A DNA stretch of 64,000 nucleotides from Azolla caroliniana (taxonomy: Eukaryota; Plantae; Polypodiophyta), in the NCBI GenBank assembly GCA_043228905.1, contig JBHGNT010000005.1, forward strand, positions 14,818,001-14,882,000. Reading direction: 5' to 3'. The notes beneath the pieces were generated by a model. That model did not search any database and was not told the DNA's origin. It was given only the letters and a program-made list of their open reading frames with translations. Both the position numbers and the translations under genes were made by a program. Shown here piece by piece: positions 22,218-36,393 of the stretch (its first letter is position 1; each line of letters opens with the position of its first letter).

Positions 22218-25200
22218 TATTGAGATACAAGCTCAACGTTGGCCAGATCAGTTGTACAAGCTGAGAACCGCATCGGTTTGGATCAATCGATTAGGCCGGA
22301 CCGGTGCGAAAATCGGATGCGTAAACCGGTGCGCAAACCGGTACGCAAACCGGTACGCAACGAGAAGTCGTAGCGGTACGTAAACCGTGAGGCCATTGGG
22401 AAGATATTCCACGTAGGGATATATTTTGAGAGTTAGTGTAAAGCTCACTTATGAGCATTGAAGTACCGGTTCTGACTATTCCGGAGTACGATCCGATTTT
22501 CCGGTCCGGCTCTAGGTTCCAGATATCGATCTATCTGGACACCGATCCGGTTCTCCGCTCCGGATACCAATTTGTCTCTGGCTTATTTAGCTGATCCGGA
22601 TCCGGTTGAGCTTGTCCGCTCAACACTCCCCCTCAAGCTCAACTTGAGGTCGGAATGTGGTGTGTCCGTTGGCCCTTTCATCCGACTCCTTCTGGCAGCT
22701 CTTCCAGGCATCTTCTCGCGCTCCTCATTCGGTCTGGTTCTACTTCCCGTGGTGCGTCCTGTGTCTCTTGTCTGCTCCCTTGGCCCTTGGCCTCCAGTCG
22801 ATTCGACTCCTCCAAAACGAACATCTAAAACGAATCGGTTGTCTTGGATTCGTTCCTGCTCTTGTTTGAGTTGGCTGTCTCCAACTCATCTTCGGTCTTC
22901 AGACCCTGCACAACATCGGACCACGTACGTGTCTTGGTCTTGTTGCCCTTCTTGGCTTTACCTCCCCCTTTTTCAGTTGTCTCCGACTTGGGTTTTCCAT
23001 TCCGGTGGCTCCCCCTACGTCCGGTCTCGGCTTTCTCGGCCGACCCATGCACTCTAACTTCTTTGGTCAAGCTGAAGTCAAAATCAGTTTCCAACTCAGC
23101 TTTTTGGTCGCCTTTCTCATTCCTACCCCTCAAGTTCAGCATATCGAGGTATTGCACACCCAGTGTATCGGAAAAATGCCACAACTTGTCTAAGCCAAGG
23201 GGTTTGGTGAAGATATCAACCACTTGCCGATCCGTCGGAACATGCAGCAGTTCCACTTCACCGGAGAGAACACACTCTCAAACAAAATGATAGTACACGT
23301 CGATGTGCTTAGTCCGGACGTGAAAGATGGGGTTCTTTGCGAACTGGATGTTGTTGAGGTTGTCGCAATAGATCGTCGTCGAATCAAACAGTTCCACTCG
23401 CACATCTTTCAGGAGCCACTTGAGCCATATGGCTTCACATGTCGTGATAGCCACTTCTTGGTACTCATCCTCGGTTCTCGACGGTGCTATTGTCGGCTAC
23501 TTCTTACTGACTCCAAGAGACTGTCGTGCTTCCAAGCGACAATGCATATCCGGATGTAGAACTGCGGTCACTGGTATTTCCGGCCCAATCGGCATCCGTG
23601 TAGCCGACAAAATGTTCTCATACACCTATCTGATACAGCAACCCCCTAGCCTTAGTGCCGTTGACGTATCTCAGGATTTGGTCCGTGCATTGAAGGTGGT
23701 CCACAGTCAGATACACACTATAAATTGATAGATCAATACGACTGGATAACTGAGGTCCGTCCGGGTGATGGTCATATAGATAAGGCCTCCGGCTATCTGT
23801 CGGAACCTTTTTGGGTCGCATGTCATTTCGGAGTTTGGGCAAAGCTTCACATTCCGGTCCAGATGAGTCGAGACGGATTTGCATTCCGTCATACCAAATT
23901 TGAAGAGCATACTCAACACATAGTGGCGTTGATTGATCTATATGCCTTCCAGGGTGCGGATCACTTCGATCCTGAGGAAGTAATGAAGGTCCCCGAGATC
24001 CTTCATTTGAAATGATGCCGCGAGCTGGGATTTGACATGGTCAATTTTGTCCAGATCGGCACCGGCCATGACGAGATCATCCACATAGAGCAATATGTTC
24101 ACCGGTCCGTTCCGACCTTGCCGGATGAAATGTGAAGAGTCTGATTTCGAAGGAACAAACCCCATCCGATGCAGGCTCTACGTGATCTTCGCGTTCCAAC
24201 TGTGCGGAGCTTGCTTAAGTCTGTAGAGGGACTTCTTCAATCGGCACACCACCGATGTATTCACTCCGGACTGAAATCCGGGCGGCTGAACCATAGACAC
24301 CTGCTCCTGAAGATCACCTTGCAGGAACGTGTTCTTTACATCCATTTCATGTATATGACACCCCTTCGTCGTTGCCACCCCAAGCAAAACACGGACAGTC
24401 GTCATCTTTGAGACCGACGCGAACGTCTTATGATAATTGATGTTGTGTTGTTGCGCGTAACCCTTGGCCACTAATCGGGCCTTGTACCTATTGACGGAGC
24501 CGGCGGCGTTGTATTTCACCTTGTACACCCACCAGTAACAGATCCGCTTCAATCCTTTCAGTACATTGACCAAATCCCACGTCTTGTTTTCCATGATTGC
24601 GTCCATGGCCTTCCGCCAATTCAGGTCCTTAGCCACTTCAGCGTAGCTCTCCGGCTAACTCTGCCACCTTCACCATGTACGCTTAATGATGTGCCATATA
24701 CTTGTTACCGTATGAGATGTACGGGTGATTGATAAGTGTGATAAGTAAGGTGAAAGATGTAATGCGTTGATATATATGTGTGATGTTATATGATTATGAG
24801 TGTGAATGTAAGTGTGAGTGTGGTGGATACAAAGGGGTGTGAGTAGTGACTAGGTGTGAATGCCCAAGGGGGCTTGCACCCTTGTGTATCTACCTCTTTG
24901 TACCTATTTAACCGCTGATGGGGAATGAATGAATAGAAGGAACATTTTCTCTCTCAATCTCTCTCTCTCTTGTCATCTCTTTCTTTCTCTCTCTCTCTCC
25001 CTTACGTTGAACCCCCCTTGGGAGGGGGGTGGAGCCATTCTAGGCACCACCCCCCTCCCCACAATGCTTCCCAACATCTTCATGATCTCTCTCACCATCA
25101 TACCATTCATCATCTTCACTATTACACCATTTCTATCTTCATTATTATCATTGAAATCCTCCCAACGTTCATCGCACACACCATCTCCATCACCAATAAT

Positions 25201-27040
25201 CATTATCATAATTAGTAACCCTAACCCTAAAAACATATAACAATACTTGTTATACTCGTACCTCTTCACAAGGTTCTTCTGGCGGGTAGATCTTCACAAT
25301 TCTAGATTCGCCGATGTCACAGCCTTCTCAACCGACTTTGATCTCTTCTTAGGAGGTTCCTTTTCATTCTTCCTACAGTTGGATTCACTTTGATCCGATT
25401 CAGCTATACCGGTGTCATAATCCGGCATCTTCTTCTTCCCCTTCTCTTTGTGCGTGAACCGTCTCTTTGGTTCCTTGCACGGAGAGAGCACGGCCGAGTC
25501 TTCACTATTTGCCAGCTCGACATTCGGTTGACCAGTCCAGATTTGGTCCACTCATCTGGAGAGAAGTCGGACTATCCGACTGCTCAAATTCCGCAATGCT
25601 TCTCTTTGTTCCGGATTCCACCAGATCATCAACAACAATCAGCTCAGGCTCGGGTGGACAAAAGTACTAGCGTTCAACAAGGTTCTTCTTATCCCAAAAG
25701 AATGAGAAGACTTTGTTTTTCTTCTCCATAAGATAGATCCAAGTGTGCCAGGTGAAATCGTCGGTGAGACGAAATACTAAGTCCCGTCGATACTCACGTT
25801 TTGTGTCGGTCCCCATACATCCGAATGGATGAGATCATGTTGATTCTAACATGTAGGACGTTCATCAGCTTTCCCTTTTGCCCGACATGGTTGAGGGGAA
25901 CCTCACCGATGTACTCGATGTTATTCGGGGTGTCATCTCCAGTCTTGACCACCCCCGGTTGTTCTAGTTTCTCTAAATCAAAAAACCACTCCACGTGGCT
26001 TGTCATATGGTTTGACGCTCCGGAATCAAACCTCGTTTGGTTTCAAGGTGTTTGTCTTCATCGAGTTAGCCTTGTGTTTCATCACAAAGGTTGGGCCCGA
26101 TTCATTTCCGAAATCGGATCCTTCCGGTCTTTCCGCGTAGTGCAAGCTTTGTTGGCTTCCCCGTCCGCCCTTGCCGTATCCGGACTTGTCCGAATCGGCA
26201 TGCTTTTTCCAACACTCACTCTCCCTATGGTCCTTCCGGCCATAATACCAATCAACATTCCGTTGCGGTCTTCTCTTGCCGGTTTCTGGAGCCGCTTTGA
26301 CTCCCCTTGCTTCCGGAGGGTCCAAAACTGTTGTTGGCACCATCTTGTGCCTTCGGTTCAGCTCTTGTCACCAACTTTGACCGCATGCCGATCCACCTCG
26401 TCCGCCACGACCACGGGGCTGATCTGCCTCCGTGTATAGGATCTTGTTGTCGGTGTGTGTAGCACACCCGCATGGTTCTCCTCTACAAGGAGCATCGACT
26501 ATAAGTCGAAAAACGAGAGCGTATTCTCCCTTGTACATACCGCAGTCCCGAATGCTCCAAACTTTGATGCCAGGCCCCCAAGAAAGACCTACACCATCTC
26601 ATCTTCCTCGACGGTCACGTTGATGGAGGCAAGCGATTCATAGATGTTTGTAATCCGGGCCATGTAGTTAGCCACTGACATGTCCTTATTTCAAACATTG
26701 CTCAACTCTTGTCGGAGTTGCAGCTTCCAGGCCGTGGTGCTTGCGGCAAAGCCCTTTTTCAAGTTTCTCAACGCTTCCTTTGGCATCTTGGCATCCCGGA
26801 TATGGTTGACCAGCTGATCGCCGACACTAGACACAAAGCAATACATAACCTTGCTTGTCGCTTGTTCCCAGGTCAGGAAGTTTCTTGTGTGCCACATTAG
26901 GTGTTGTATCATTAGCTCCGTCGACATAACTCTAGTAACCATGCCCGAGCAGGTACTGGTGCATCTTGTATGACCAAGATGCATAGATCTGTCGAGCTTC
27001 TCCGCCGGGAGCGAGCTAGCCATTCCTCGGCCCAAACCCT
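22218..27040 (-). mobile_element. Degenerate Copia E (gag to 3' LTR; integrase largely deleted; 5' LTR missing)
   Basis: gag start MASSLPAEKLDR near 27023, RT KARLVAKGYAQ / LYVDD, RNase H DIFTKPL. PPT TTGAGGGGGAG abutting the LTR at 22218-22625. Confidence 0.88.
24711..25270. mobile_element. Probable solo LTR inserted in Copia E
   Basis: Interrupts the INT-RT linker. Degenerate inverted ends TATGAGATGTACGGGT / ACTCGTACCTCTTCACA. TATA-like and CT-rich tracts. No clean TSD. Confidence 0.6.
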
Positions 27041-27224
27041 ATACCCTAAACATTCTTTTTCAAGTACGTTGAATGTAAAATATATGTGGTTCTAATAGTA
27101 GAAGAGGCCAAGCTACTAGCCTGGGATCACAACAACGATAATGACTATAGAAAAAAATGTGAGAGATTATGATTGTGGAAGCTTTGACAAAACCGGTTAC
27201 ACAGGTCCAACCGTCTTATTCGCA

Positions 27225-29142
27225 ATTACATTTGGGGAGGAAAAATAGGTCAGAATAAAAGGCCTAAAGTAGCTTGGGCAATATTGATTGCTCCAAGACA
27301 AAATGGTGGGTTGGGGTTGGTGGATCCAGAAATGCAATGTAAGGCCTTACTCTCTAAATTTGTGTGTAGAGCTATGTTGCCAATGCAAGGTATTTGGAGT
27401 CAGTCTACTATCTGTCCGACAATAGGCGGAGTTTGGCAACCCTCGTTAAGGTGGGCATTTATTTAGAATTTTCATTTCTTTAAAACATCCTTACCAGAAG
27501 ATAGATTTTTTAATGGAATTCTCACAAGTTGGGCTACTGTCAAGAAATTTTTGGTCCAAAAAATGCCTTTGACAATGGATGATTTGTCGAGACAGCCTTT
27601 GACTTGGAATTTTCTCTTCTCTGATGCGAGAGGTTTTTTGCTTGGTAGCCGCCCCAAGCTAAATTGGGCTGCTTTGGATGCATCAATTGCATGTAATGTT
27701 CTTTCATGGGGATGTTATGTTATAATGAATCGTCCGTTACAATCTTTATCAATGCATTCAGTTCGAGGAGGCATTGTTATGAGTAATGATATGCAAGTGG
27801 CATTGGGACAATTTATGGCTTTCTGGTCTCCCTTAAGTAATCAAATATGGTTTGGTTATTTGTCTCCTTTAAAAGTTATTTTAGGAGGTAAAGTAACTAA
27901 TGCTACAGGTGATGCTATGTATTCTAATGTTGATGATGAGGGTAGGTTGTGGCATGTATACTCTTCATCAGATGTGTGGATGTCTGCAAACACTTTGGCC
28001 ATTCAAGTAGTCGCAAGATCGGGGAAAAAATGGTCTTTGGATTCACCCTTTCAAGAATGCTTGTTGTATTGCTCATTGTGGGTTTTTCAAAAAAACCCTC
28101 TTCAAAATTTACATTGGGATCCGGCTGATTATCAATGGAAAAAGTTGAGTTATGGTGGAAATGGTAAACATTTGGAGTTTTTCCAATATTCAGTTAAGCT
28201 AGGTAGAATTTAATTGTTGCAATCAAAGTATAAATGTCTTGCTGCCATGAAGCACTGGTCTGAGAATAATGTGCAGGAATTACAACTTGCAAAATTTTGG
28301 AAATGGTTGTGGAGCATGCAATTACCGAAAAAAGTCATTTGCTTTCGATGGCTGTTGATTCATTATGCTCTTCCTGTTGGTGATTGGTTGAGACATGATC
28401 AACAATATGCTTGTGGATTGCATTGTGGTGCACCTACTGAATCGATTTTGCATGTGTTTTGGTTATGTCCCAAGATCAAGAAATTTTGGAGTAAGTTGTT
28501 TTTATTGTTGAGACGACACTAATCTCGATCAATATTCTCTTAGGGTGCAGTATTGTGGGGTGTCCTTCATGGAGAGGTTATGAGGTATGAAAGTATGCAT
28601 GCTTCTCATGTTTTTCATTTTTCTTATGGACACCTCTCTCTCACCTTGTTTCCTTCTTCTATTTCACGGTTCAGAATTAAAAATCTGGTCATTTGGCGTA
28701 CAATTACGTCATTAGCTCTTTGGATAATATGGAAAGCGAGATGTGATTTTGTTTTTAACAATGCCCATATACAGCTCAACACTATGCTTATTGAATTCTG
28801 GATGTTGTTTTGTTCACACACTTCATGGCCAATATGATGATCTGCAGGGTTCGGATGATGTTTTGTGGCAACGGCAAGTGGCCTTTAAGAACCGATGGCA
28901 AGGACTCCAATTATTTTCAGAGACAACTTCTGTTCCAAAGTGGAATTATGCCATACCTTCATTTATGTTGGATAGTGGATAGTAAGTATTGTTCTACTTG
29001 TTCATATATGACATCATCTGTATCATCAGATGTACTAGCTTTTGTATCTTACAAAAAGAAGTGAGATGAAATGTCTCCTTCTGTTTTTCTTATGTACACT
29101 TTTCAAGTAATATACTAAGGTGTATCTTCCTTAAAAAAAAAA
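27225..29142 (+). mobile_element. 5'-truncated L1-clade LINE (ORF2 C-terminus with zf-RVT) ending in poly(A)
   Basis: KVAWAILIAPRQNGGLGL, WKWLWSMQLPKKVICFRWLLIHYALP..CGLHCGAPTESILHVFWLCP, LWIIWKARC. A-tract 29133-29142. Confidence 0.88.
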
Positions 29143-29918
29143 GAGAGAGAGAGAATAAAGACACAGGTTTAATGGAAGTCTTACACGAGAGAAACAGAGA
29201 GAGCAAAACAATAAAATCACTTCAAAATAATAACACTCTATACATACAACATGCTCAATGAGCACTTTTATACAAGTCCATGAAAGGACAGACACTGACT
29301 CCCAAAAATATGCCTACATACTAGGCTAGATTCGTAGGCCTCTAACGGCCTACAGGTTACAATCCAATTTGTCTCTCTAATTCGGCTCCTGGTTTGGGAT
29401 ACCGATCCAGACACCGATCAGGTTCTTCGTTCCAGATACCGATCCGGCCCTAGCTTACTCAGCTGATCCAGATTTGGTTGAGTTTGCCCACTCAACACTC
29501 CCCCTCAAGCTCAACTTGAGGTCCGATCGTAGTGTCTATGTATGTGGTAGGTGGTCCTCTCCTCCGACTCCCCTTAGCGTCCTCCCGCCTTGCTCGCGCT
29601 CCTCGTCCGGTACGGTTCTCCTTCCCGCAACGCGTCCGATTACGCACATCTCGACCTTCTCGGTCGGCTTGTCTGCTCTTAAGGCCCATCTCAGCTCCTT
29701 TGTTGTTGCAACTTCGGCGCTTCTCGACCCATCGGTTCCTCTATGTCAGTGTTGACTTCAGCTACCTCTTGTCTGTCTAGCCTTCAGTTGATCCGGTTCC
29801 TTCGAATCAAACACCCCTTCCGAATCAGGTGACCCTAATTTGTTCCAGCTCTTGTCCGAATTGGTTGTCTCCAATTCATCCTCTTCTAGGTCCTTGACCA
29901 CATCTGCCCATGTCTTGG

Positions 29919-32900
29919 TGTTGAGAGATCAAGCTCAACTTAGTTTAGTTAGTTAGTCAACCATGTAACTTCGTAGTTACCTAGATAGAATCTAGTTAGA
30001 AGTGTTGACTATAACACCTTTAATAGGACCTTGTACTTAAGTGGGATATTCTAGATCCTCCACTCCCAAGTACATTTAATATAGGACTTACACCTTAGTA
30101 CCTATATTCTACTCACACATGTGCACCTTTGCACATGAGATGTATATATACCTCATTGTGGGTATTTTTGTATTTGATGATGATAATGCTAATTTAATAT
30201 AGTTACTCATCCCCCATCTTGTGTTGTTCATAAGTGTATCTCTCTTCCTCTCTCTCTTCCTCTCTCTCTTCCTCTCTCTCTTCCTCTCACACACATACAC
30301 ACACATATCACTTAATCTTCCGCTTAACTTAATCACATAATTAGGTACTAATTAACCCTTGCTTAATTACTTACCTAATTCTTAACATGGTATCAGAGCG
30401 TGTGGTTTAGAAAATCCACTAAGCCCACCTGACTATGTGATTGTGTGTTCGAGACACCGACGACAAAATCTAGCTATCAACTACCGTAGTGCCGCTATGT
30501 AGCACGTGTACGTGATCGAAGGAAGAAAAGCAAAAGAAGAGAAGACACTACAATCCACATGAACACACAAATGGGTAGCTCACTCCCTAGTGAAAAGCTA
30601 GACCGGAGCAATTATTCATCTTGGGAGTACAAGATGACCCAATACCTCGTCGGCCAAGGGTATTTGGAGCTACATCAACGGCACATAAGAAAATTTACCC
30701 GACTCAAAGAACGCCGACTACGCAACATGGGAGCAAGCGGTGAGTCGAGTCATGTATGGCTTGGCAACATGTGTCCACAACCACATGCTTAGCCACATAC
30801 GAGACACCAAGACTCCTAAAGAAGTGTGGGCGAATTTAAAGAAAATTTCCACTGCCAACATGACCGCCTGAAAGCTTCAACTCCGACAAGAGTTGAACAA
30901 CATCTGGCAAGAAGATATGTCTGTGTTGGACTACACCTCCAAGATCAAGAGAATTTGCGACTTGCTTGGCTCCATCAACATAAATGTCGATGAAGACGAG
31001 ATGGTTCAAGTATGCTTGGGTGGCCTCGCACAACGATTCGATCCATTACGGATGGCAATCTTGGCGAGAGAAAACCCTCCTTCGTTCTTCGACCTCCAAT
31101 CAATGTTATTGGTCGAAGAGAACCACGTCCGAACCAAGACCAAGACGTCGGAAGGACAAATGTTCTTCTCATGCTCGGACGGTGGCCGAGGACGAGGTCA
31201 TGGCGGAGGAGGTCACGGCGGTAGAAGAGGCCAATTCAGCCCATCACACGAAGGGAACTCAAACCTTCACAGAAGCCATCGAGGAACCTTCGGAAGACGG
31301 GGGATCTTCCACGCCAAACATCGTCGGCAAACAAGGCCCGCAACTTGGAATTATTGTGGAAAAATCGGCCACTACGAGGCGGAGTGTCGAAAAAAGAGAA
31401 GTGAGTCGGCTTCAACAAGTCGACAACTCACAAACTACGCATCGAACTCCGACTACGATGATCGTAGTGAAATGTTTACAAATTACACCACGAATTCCGA
31501 CTACAGAGACCGTGGCGGAATGTTCGTAATGAGGCATAGAGTGAACTCTATGACCACCTCCAAATCCGCAAGCACCTCCAATTCGGAAGACGTGTGGTTC
31601 GTCGATTCTGGCGCCTCACATCACATGACATCCCACAAAGAGTGGTTCAATGACTTGCATACACCGGATCAACCCGGCTACATAGAGACGGGAGACGACA
31701 CCATGCATCCCATTCAACACATCGGCAACGATGGCAAGAACAATTGCATCAAGAATTTCTTGCATGTGCCCACAATAACGAAGAATTTGGTCTCAGTAAG
31801 CCAAATTGTAGAGCAAGGAATGGAAGTTCGCTTCAACAAAGAAGGATGCTTCATCGAGAAAGATGGTTGACTCATAGCTAAGGGGCAGAGAGATGGTCAA
31901 ATGTTAATCCTCGATTCGAACAAGGTGAAAATGGCAATGTACTCCAAAGGTCTCAAAACCGAGACAAGAATCGAGTTGTGGCACAAGAGAATTGGCCACA
32001 TAAACCTCCAACGGCTTCGAGCTATGCAAACAAAGTAAATCGCCATCGGACTTCCGACATTCGAGTCGAAACGAGTCGACCAAGTATGCGAAGCGTGTCA
32101 ACTCGGAAAACAACATGGACTCCCATTCCCGAAGGAGAGCTCCACAAGCAAAGGCCTCCTCGACGTCGTACACTCGGATGTATGGGGACCGACTCAAACA
32201 CCGACGATCGGTGGATGCCGATACTACGTAAACTTCATCGACGACTACTCACGCTACGCATGGATCTCCCACTTCCAAAAGCTCAAGGGGCAAGTTGACA
32301 AAGAAACCGGTCGGCACATTCGATGCCTACGATCGGATGGAGGCAAGGAGTACTTCTCCAATGAATTCCCCTCCTACCTCCAAAGTGAAGGCATTCGGAG
32401 AGAATTCTTGCGCCGACACACACCCCAACAAAATGGAGTCGCCGAAAGGAAAAATCGGCAAATACTCGAGGTAGCACGCGCCATGATGCATGAGAAGCAC
32501 ATGTTGAACTTCTATTGGGCCGACGCGGCATCCACGGCCGTCTATCTCATAAACCGGTGCACCACTAATGGATTCCATGAGCTAACTCCATACAAGCTCC
32601 TCGTCGGAAGGAAACCAATCTTGTCCCACCTCAAGGTGTTCGGAAGCATTGCGAATGTACTCATCCTGAACAAAGGCCGACAAAAGCCCAACGCGAAGTC
32701 GGAGGAATGTATCCTCATAGGATACTCGTCTGAGAAGAAGGCATACAAATGCTACAACCCTTCTACCCGAGTGGTTCGAGTAAGTCGAGACATAGTCTTC
32801 GATGAGTCTGCATCCTGGTACGCATCAAAGACAACTTTGACTCCAACTTCGCTCGACCCGGAATCCACTGAACAAGAGGTAGAAGATGGAGATCACTTCG

Positions 32901-34134
32901 AACGCATGTTCAAAGAAAATCCGATTACGGCAAGGCCTAGTGGGCCACAAGAGCCCCCACGCGACCCAAGCACGTCACGGCCAAGTACAGACTTGGACAA
33001 AGGCAAAGGTAAAATGACCAAATACAAAGGTTAAGTACAAAGGCAAAGGCAAAGGCAAAGTCGACCACCCCAACGACAATGATTTGAATGGATCAGCTCC
33101 CTCACTAGACAATGAGTTCGGTGTACCAATCATGCGAACACCCAGAGCAAAGAAGGCGCTCACATCGGCGAGCGAAAAACTTCGACACTCATCTAAAGCT
33201 ATGAACCCTGTCACTCGGCTTGGCTACAACAAGTACATGGCCCATCACTATGCCTTCGCGATGAAGGTAGTGGCCGAACAAGAGCCCAAGAGCTCAACCG
33301 AAGCGGCTCGTAACCCACGATGGGTGGAAGTAGTCGGCCTCCATCCACACACTACAAGCCTTCATCACCTGCTTGAGGGGGAGGAACCGAGATGGCCACG
33401 GCGAACAAAGCCGAAGGTCGGACGGAAGCCGCACAGAAGCCAACATCGAAAACTGGACAACGTCGAAAACATAACCAAATGTCGAGCGCTTCTCGACCCA
33501 TCAGTTCCTCTATGTCAGTGTTGACTTCAGCTACCTCTTGTCTGTCTAGCCTTCAGTTGATCCGGTTCCTTCGAATCAAACACCCCTTCCGAATCAGGTG
33601 ACCCTGATTCGTTCCAGCTCTTGTCCGAATTGGTTGTCTCCAATTCATCCTCTTCTAGGTCCTTGACCACATCTGCCCATGTCTTGGTGTTGAGAGATCA
33701 AGCTCAACTTAGTTTAGTTAGTTAGTCAACCATGTAACTTCGTAGTTACCTAGATAGAATCTAGTTAGAAGTGTTGACTATAACACCTTTAATAGGACCT
33801 TGTACTTAAGTGGGATATTCTAGATCCTCCACTCCCAAGTACATTTAATATAGGACTTACACCTTAGTACCTATATTCTACTCACACATGTGCACCTTTG
33901 CACATGAGATGTATATATACCTCATTGTGGGTATTTTTGTATTTGATGATGATAATGCTAATTTAATATAGTTACTCATCCCCCATCTTGTGTTGTTCAT
34001 AAGTGTATCTCTCTTCCTCTCTCTCTCTTCCTCTCACACACATACACACAAATATCACTTAATCTTCCGCGTAACTTAATCACATAATTAGGTACTAATT
34101 AACCCTTGCTTAATTTCTTACCTAATTCTTAACA
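29919..34134 (+). mobile_element. Copia G with two LTRs (29919-30387, 33688-34134), gag-PR-INT present, RT/RNase H deleted
   Basis: TG..CA LTRs, TSD CTTGG (29914-29918, 34135-34139), PBS TGGTATCAGAGC (tRNA-iMet) 30388-30399. Motifs YCGKIGHYEAEC, WFVDSGASHHM, TPQQNGVAER. Confidence 0.92.
33487..33687 (+). repeat. Direct duplicate of the ~200-bp host flank 29718-29918 placed upstream of the second LTR of Copia G
   Basis: GCGCTTCTCGACCCATC...GCCCATGTCTTGG is present at both sites with about 3 substitutions. Confidence 0.93.
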
Positions 34135-34682
34135 CTTGGTCTTGGCCTTCCCGGCTTTGCCTCCCCATTTTTCAGTTGGCTTCGGCTTGGGCTCTCCGCT
34201 CCGGTGGCTCCTCTTGCATCCAATCTCTGCTTTCTCAATTGTCCCATGCAGTCTGACTTCTTCAGTCAGACCGAAATCGAAATCGGTTTCTGACTCGCCT
34301 TTTCAGTCGTCATCCTCATTCCTCCCCCTCAAGTTCTGCATATCGAGGTACTACACACCTAGTGCACCGGAAAATTGCCACAACTTGTCTAAGCCGAGGG
34401 GTTTGGTGAAAATATCAGTCACCTCCCGATCCGTCAAAACATACACCAGTTCCACTTCACCAGAGAGAACACGCTCGTGGACAAAATGATAGTGCACCCA
34501 AGGTAGGAATTTGACGAGTGTCATGCCCGTCAAAAACACACACCCAATAAAAATGTCCGTCAAGTGACATATAAACTTACATTTTCATTTTTCATGTGAA
34601 AGTCGCCCAAAATTTATACAAGTCAAATGACATGCTAAAAATTTATTTTCCATGTCATATATATATATATATATATGACATT

Positions 34683-34880
34683 GTATAATGTCATAATACA
34701 TCTTATATATAGTATATTTAATATTGTAATATGTACTATGTATATTGTAGATTGTAGTATATGTACATACTATACTATATATAAGATGTATAATGTCATA
34801 ATACATCTTATATATAGTATATTTAATATTGTAATATGTACTATGTATATTGTAGATTGTAGTATATGTACATACTATAA
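34683..34880. repeat. AT-rich tandem duplication (~105-bp unit x2) in hAT subterminal region
   Basis: TGTATAATGTCATAATACATCTT...ACATACTATA repeated twice. Confidence 0.85.
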
Positions 34881-36393
34881 AATGTACATACATGATACTA
34901 CAAAGACATATACTATTATAATGTACATTGTAGTATGCACATTTTATAATAGTATAACTGTATATGTATTAATATGTATAATGTGAGCCGTGAGTCGTGA
35001 GTCATGACTAATAACTATGCTTTCAATGTTTCATTTCTAAATTCCCGAATCCCCCCTCTTTCTCTTTTCCCACTCTTTTCTCTTTTCCCCCTATTTTCTC
35101 TTTTCTTGCTTTCCTTCTTCCTACTCCTCGCTTCCTACTCCCTGCTCCTTCTTCTCGCTTCCTACTCCCTGTTCCTTGGTCGTTGCCCATTGCTCCCAGC
35201 ACGCTCACTACTCGTTGCTCCCTGTCACTTCTCGATGATTGCACATCTGCTATTTGCCACCACTCTGAGGTATGTATTTGTCTCTTTTTTATTCTATTTC
35301 TCTCTATTTTCTCGCTCGAATGCATTCCTCGCTTATTTGACTCGGGTTCGATCCCCACGTATTTGAGGGGTGGCCATAGTCATGGGGGTCATCATGGGCG
35401 GCAATAATATGACAAATCAATCTATCTGTCTCTCCTCCTGCCCTCCCCTATTCTTGTCTTAACAAACGGTGAGAGATCACAAATTATTACAAGAAACTAA
35501 TCTCATGTTTGGACGTATTTTGTGCTTGGGCATTGGCCAGCCCCCCCCCCCCCCCCATAATTCTTTTAATATCGAGTATAAATGCAGCTGGAATAGCACT
35601 TTAATTTAGATCTATGACTGGCTTATCTCCATTTCATATGACCTCTCGTAGAGTAAAACATGGTTTCACGTTCTGCATTGAGGATACAATCTCATGCTGT
35701 CATCCTTGGAATAACCCCTTTGAAGTTCACACCACTTGATTGGCTTTCTTCCCGTTTCTAGATGTATTGGGGTTGTGCTCTTAACCCCCTAAATGAAGGC
35801 AGTGAAATCTCTTTTATACTTTCATTGTTTCATTCCACGAGCTTGCTGAAATGCTTCCTCCCATACCTTTTTTGTAAAGCAGAATTTGTGTGATGCATGC
35901 ATACGAATGACATTGTTGTAATCTCCCATCTTTGGGTTGTGCTCAAGTGCCACAAGCTCTCAAATTCATAATATGAATCTATGTGGTTTCATTTATCATG
36001 TATTCTAAGTGTGTTGACTATGTATGGCAACACTGAGGTGTTTGAAACTATGAACCACTTCAATTGCCTCCTCTTCATGATACTCTACAGGCTACTGACT
36101 TTCAGATTAGACATTTCTTCATAGTCTTGCAATTCGAGGACCAAAAGTGTTTCTATGTAGATTTCTATACCATGGAACTTCGAAGGCACAAAATAGTGCA
36201 ACAACTCCCCACACCCATCCTAAGAACTCTTACCGTAACTTCGGATTTGCATGTGCATGTAAGCTAATGTGAGCCTTCATCTTTCTTCGTTTTTTTTTTA
36301 TAGATTGGAAGATCTAGAGTGGTAACTATCCTTTATTGCCCATCTCATCTTTGTTTTTTTTCTTGGTTTGTGAATTCTCTCAGTTTCAAGAGT

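Noticed and set aside
25216-25231. TAACCCTAACCCTAA telomere-like repeat
   Set aside because: Only about two units; telo-box-like words are common in LTR leaders.
35560-36270. Possible captured PPR or host gene fragment inside the hAT leader
   Set aside because: Only short words (LRACG, MYG) on opposite strands and no sustained frame.
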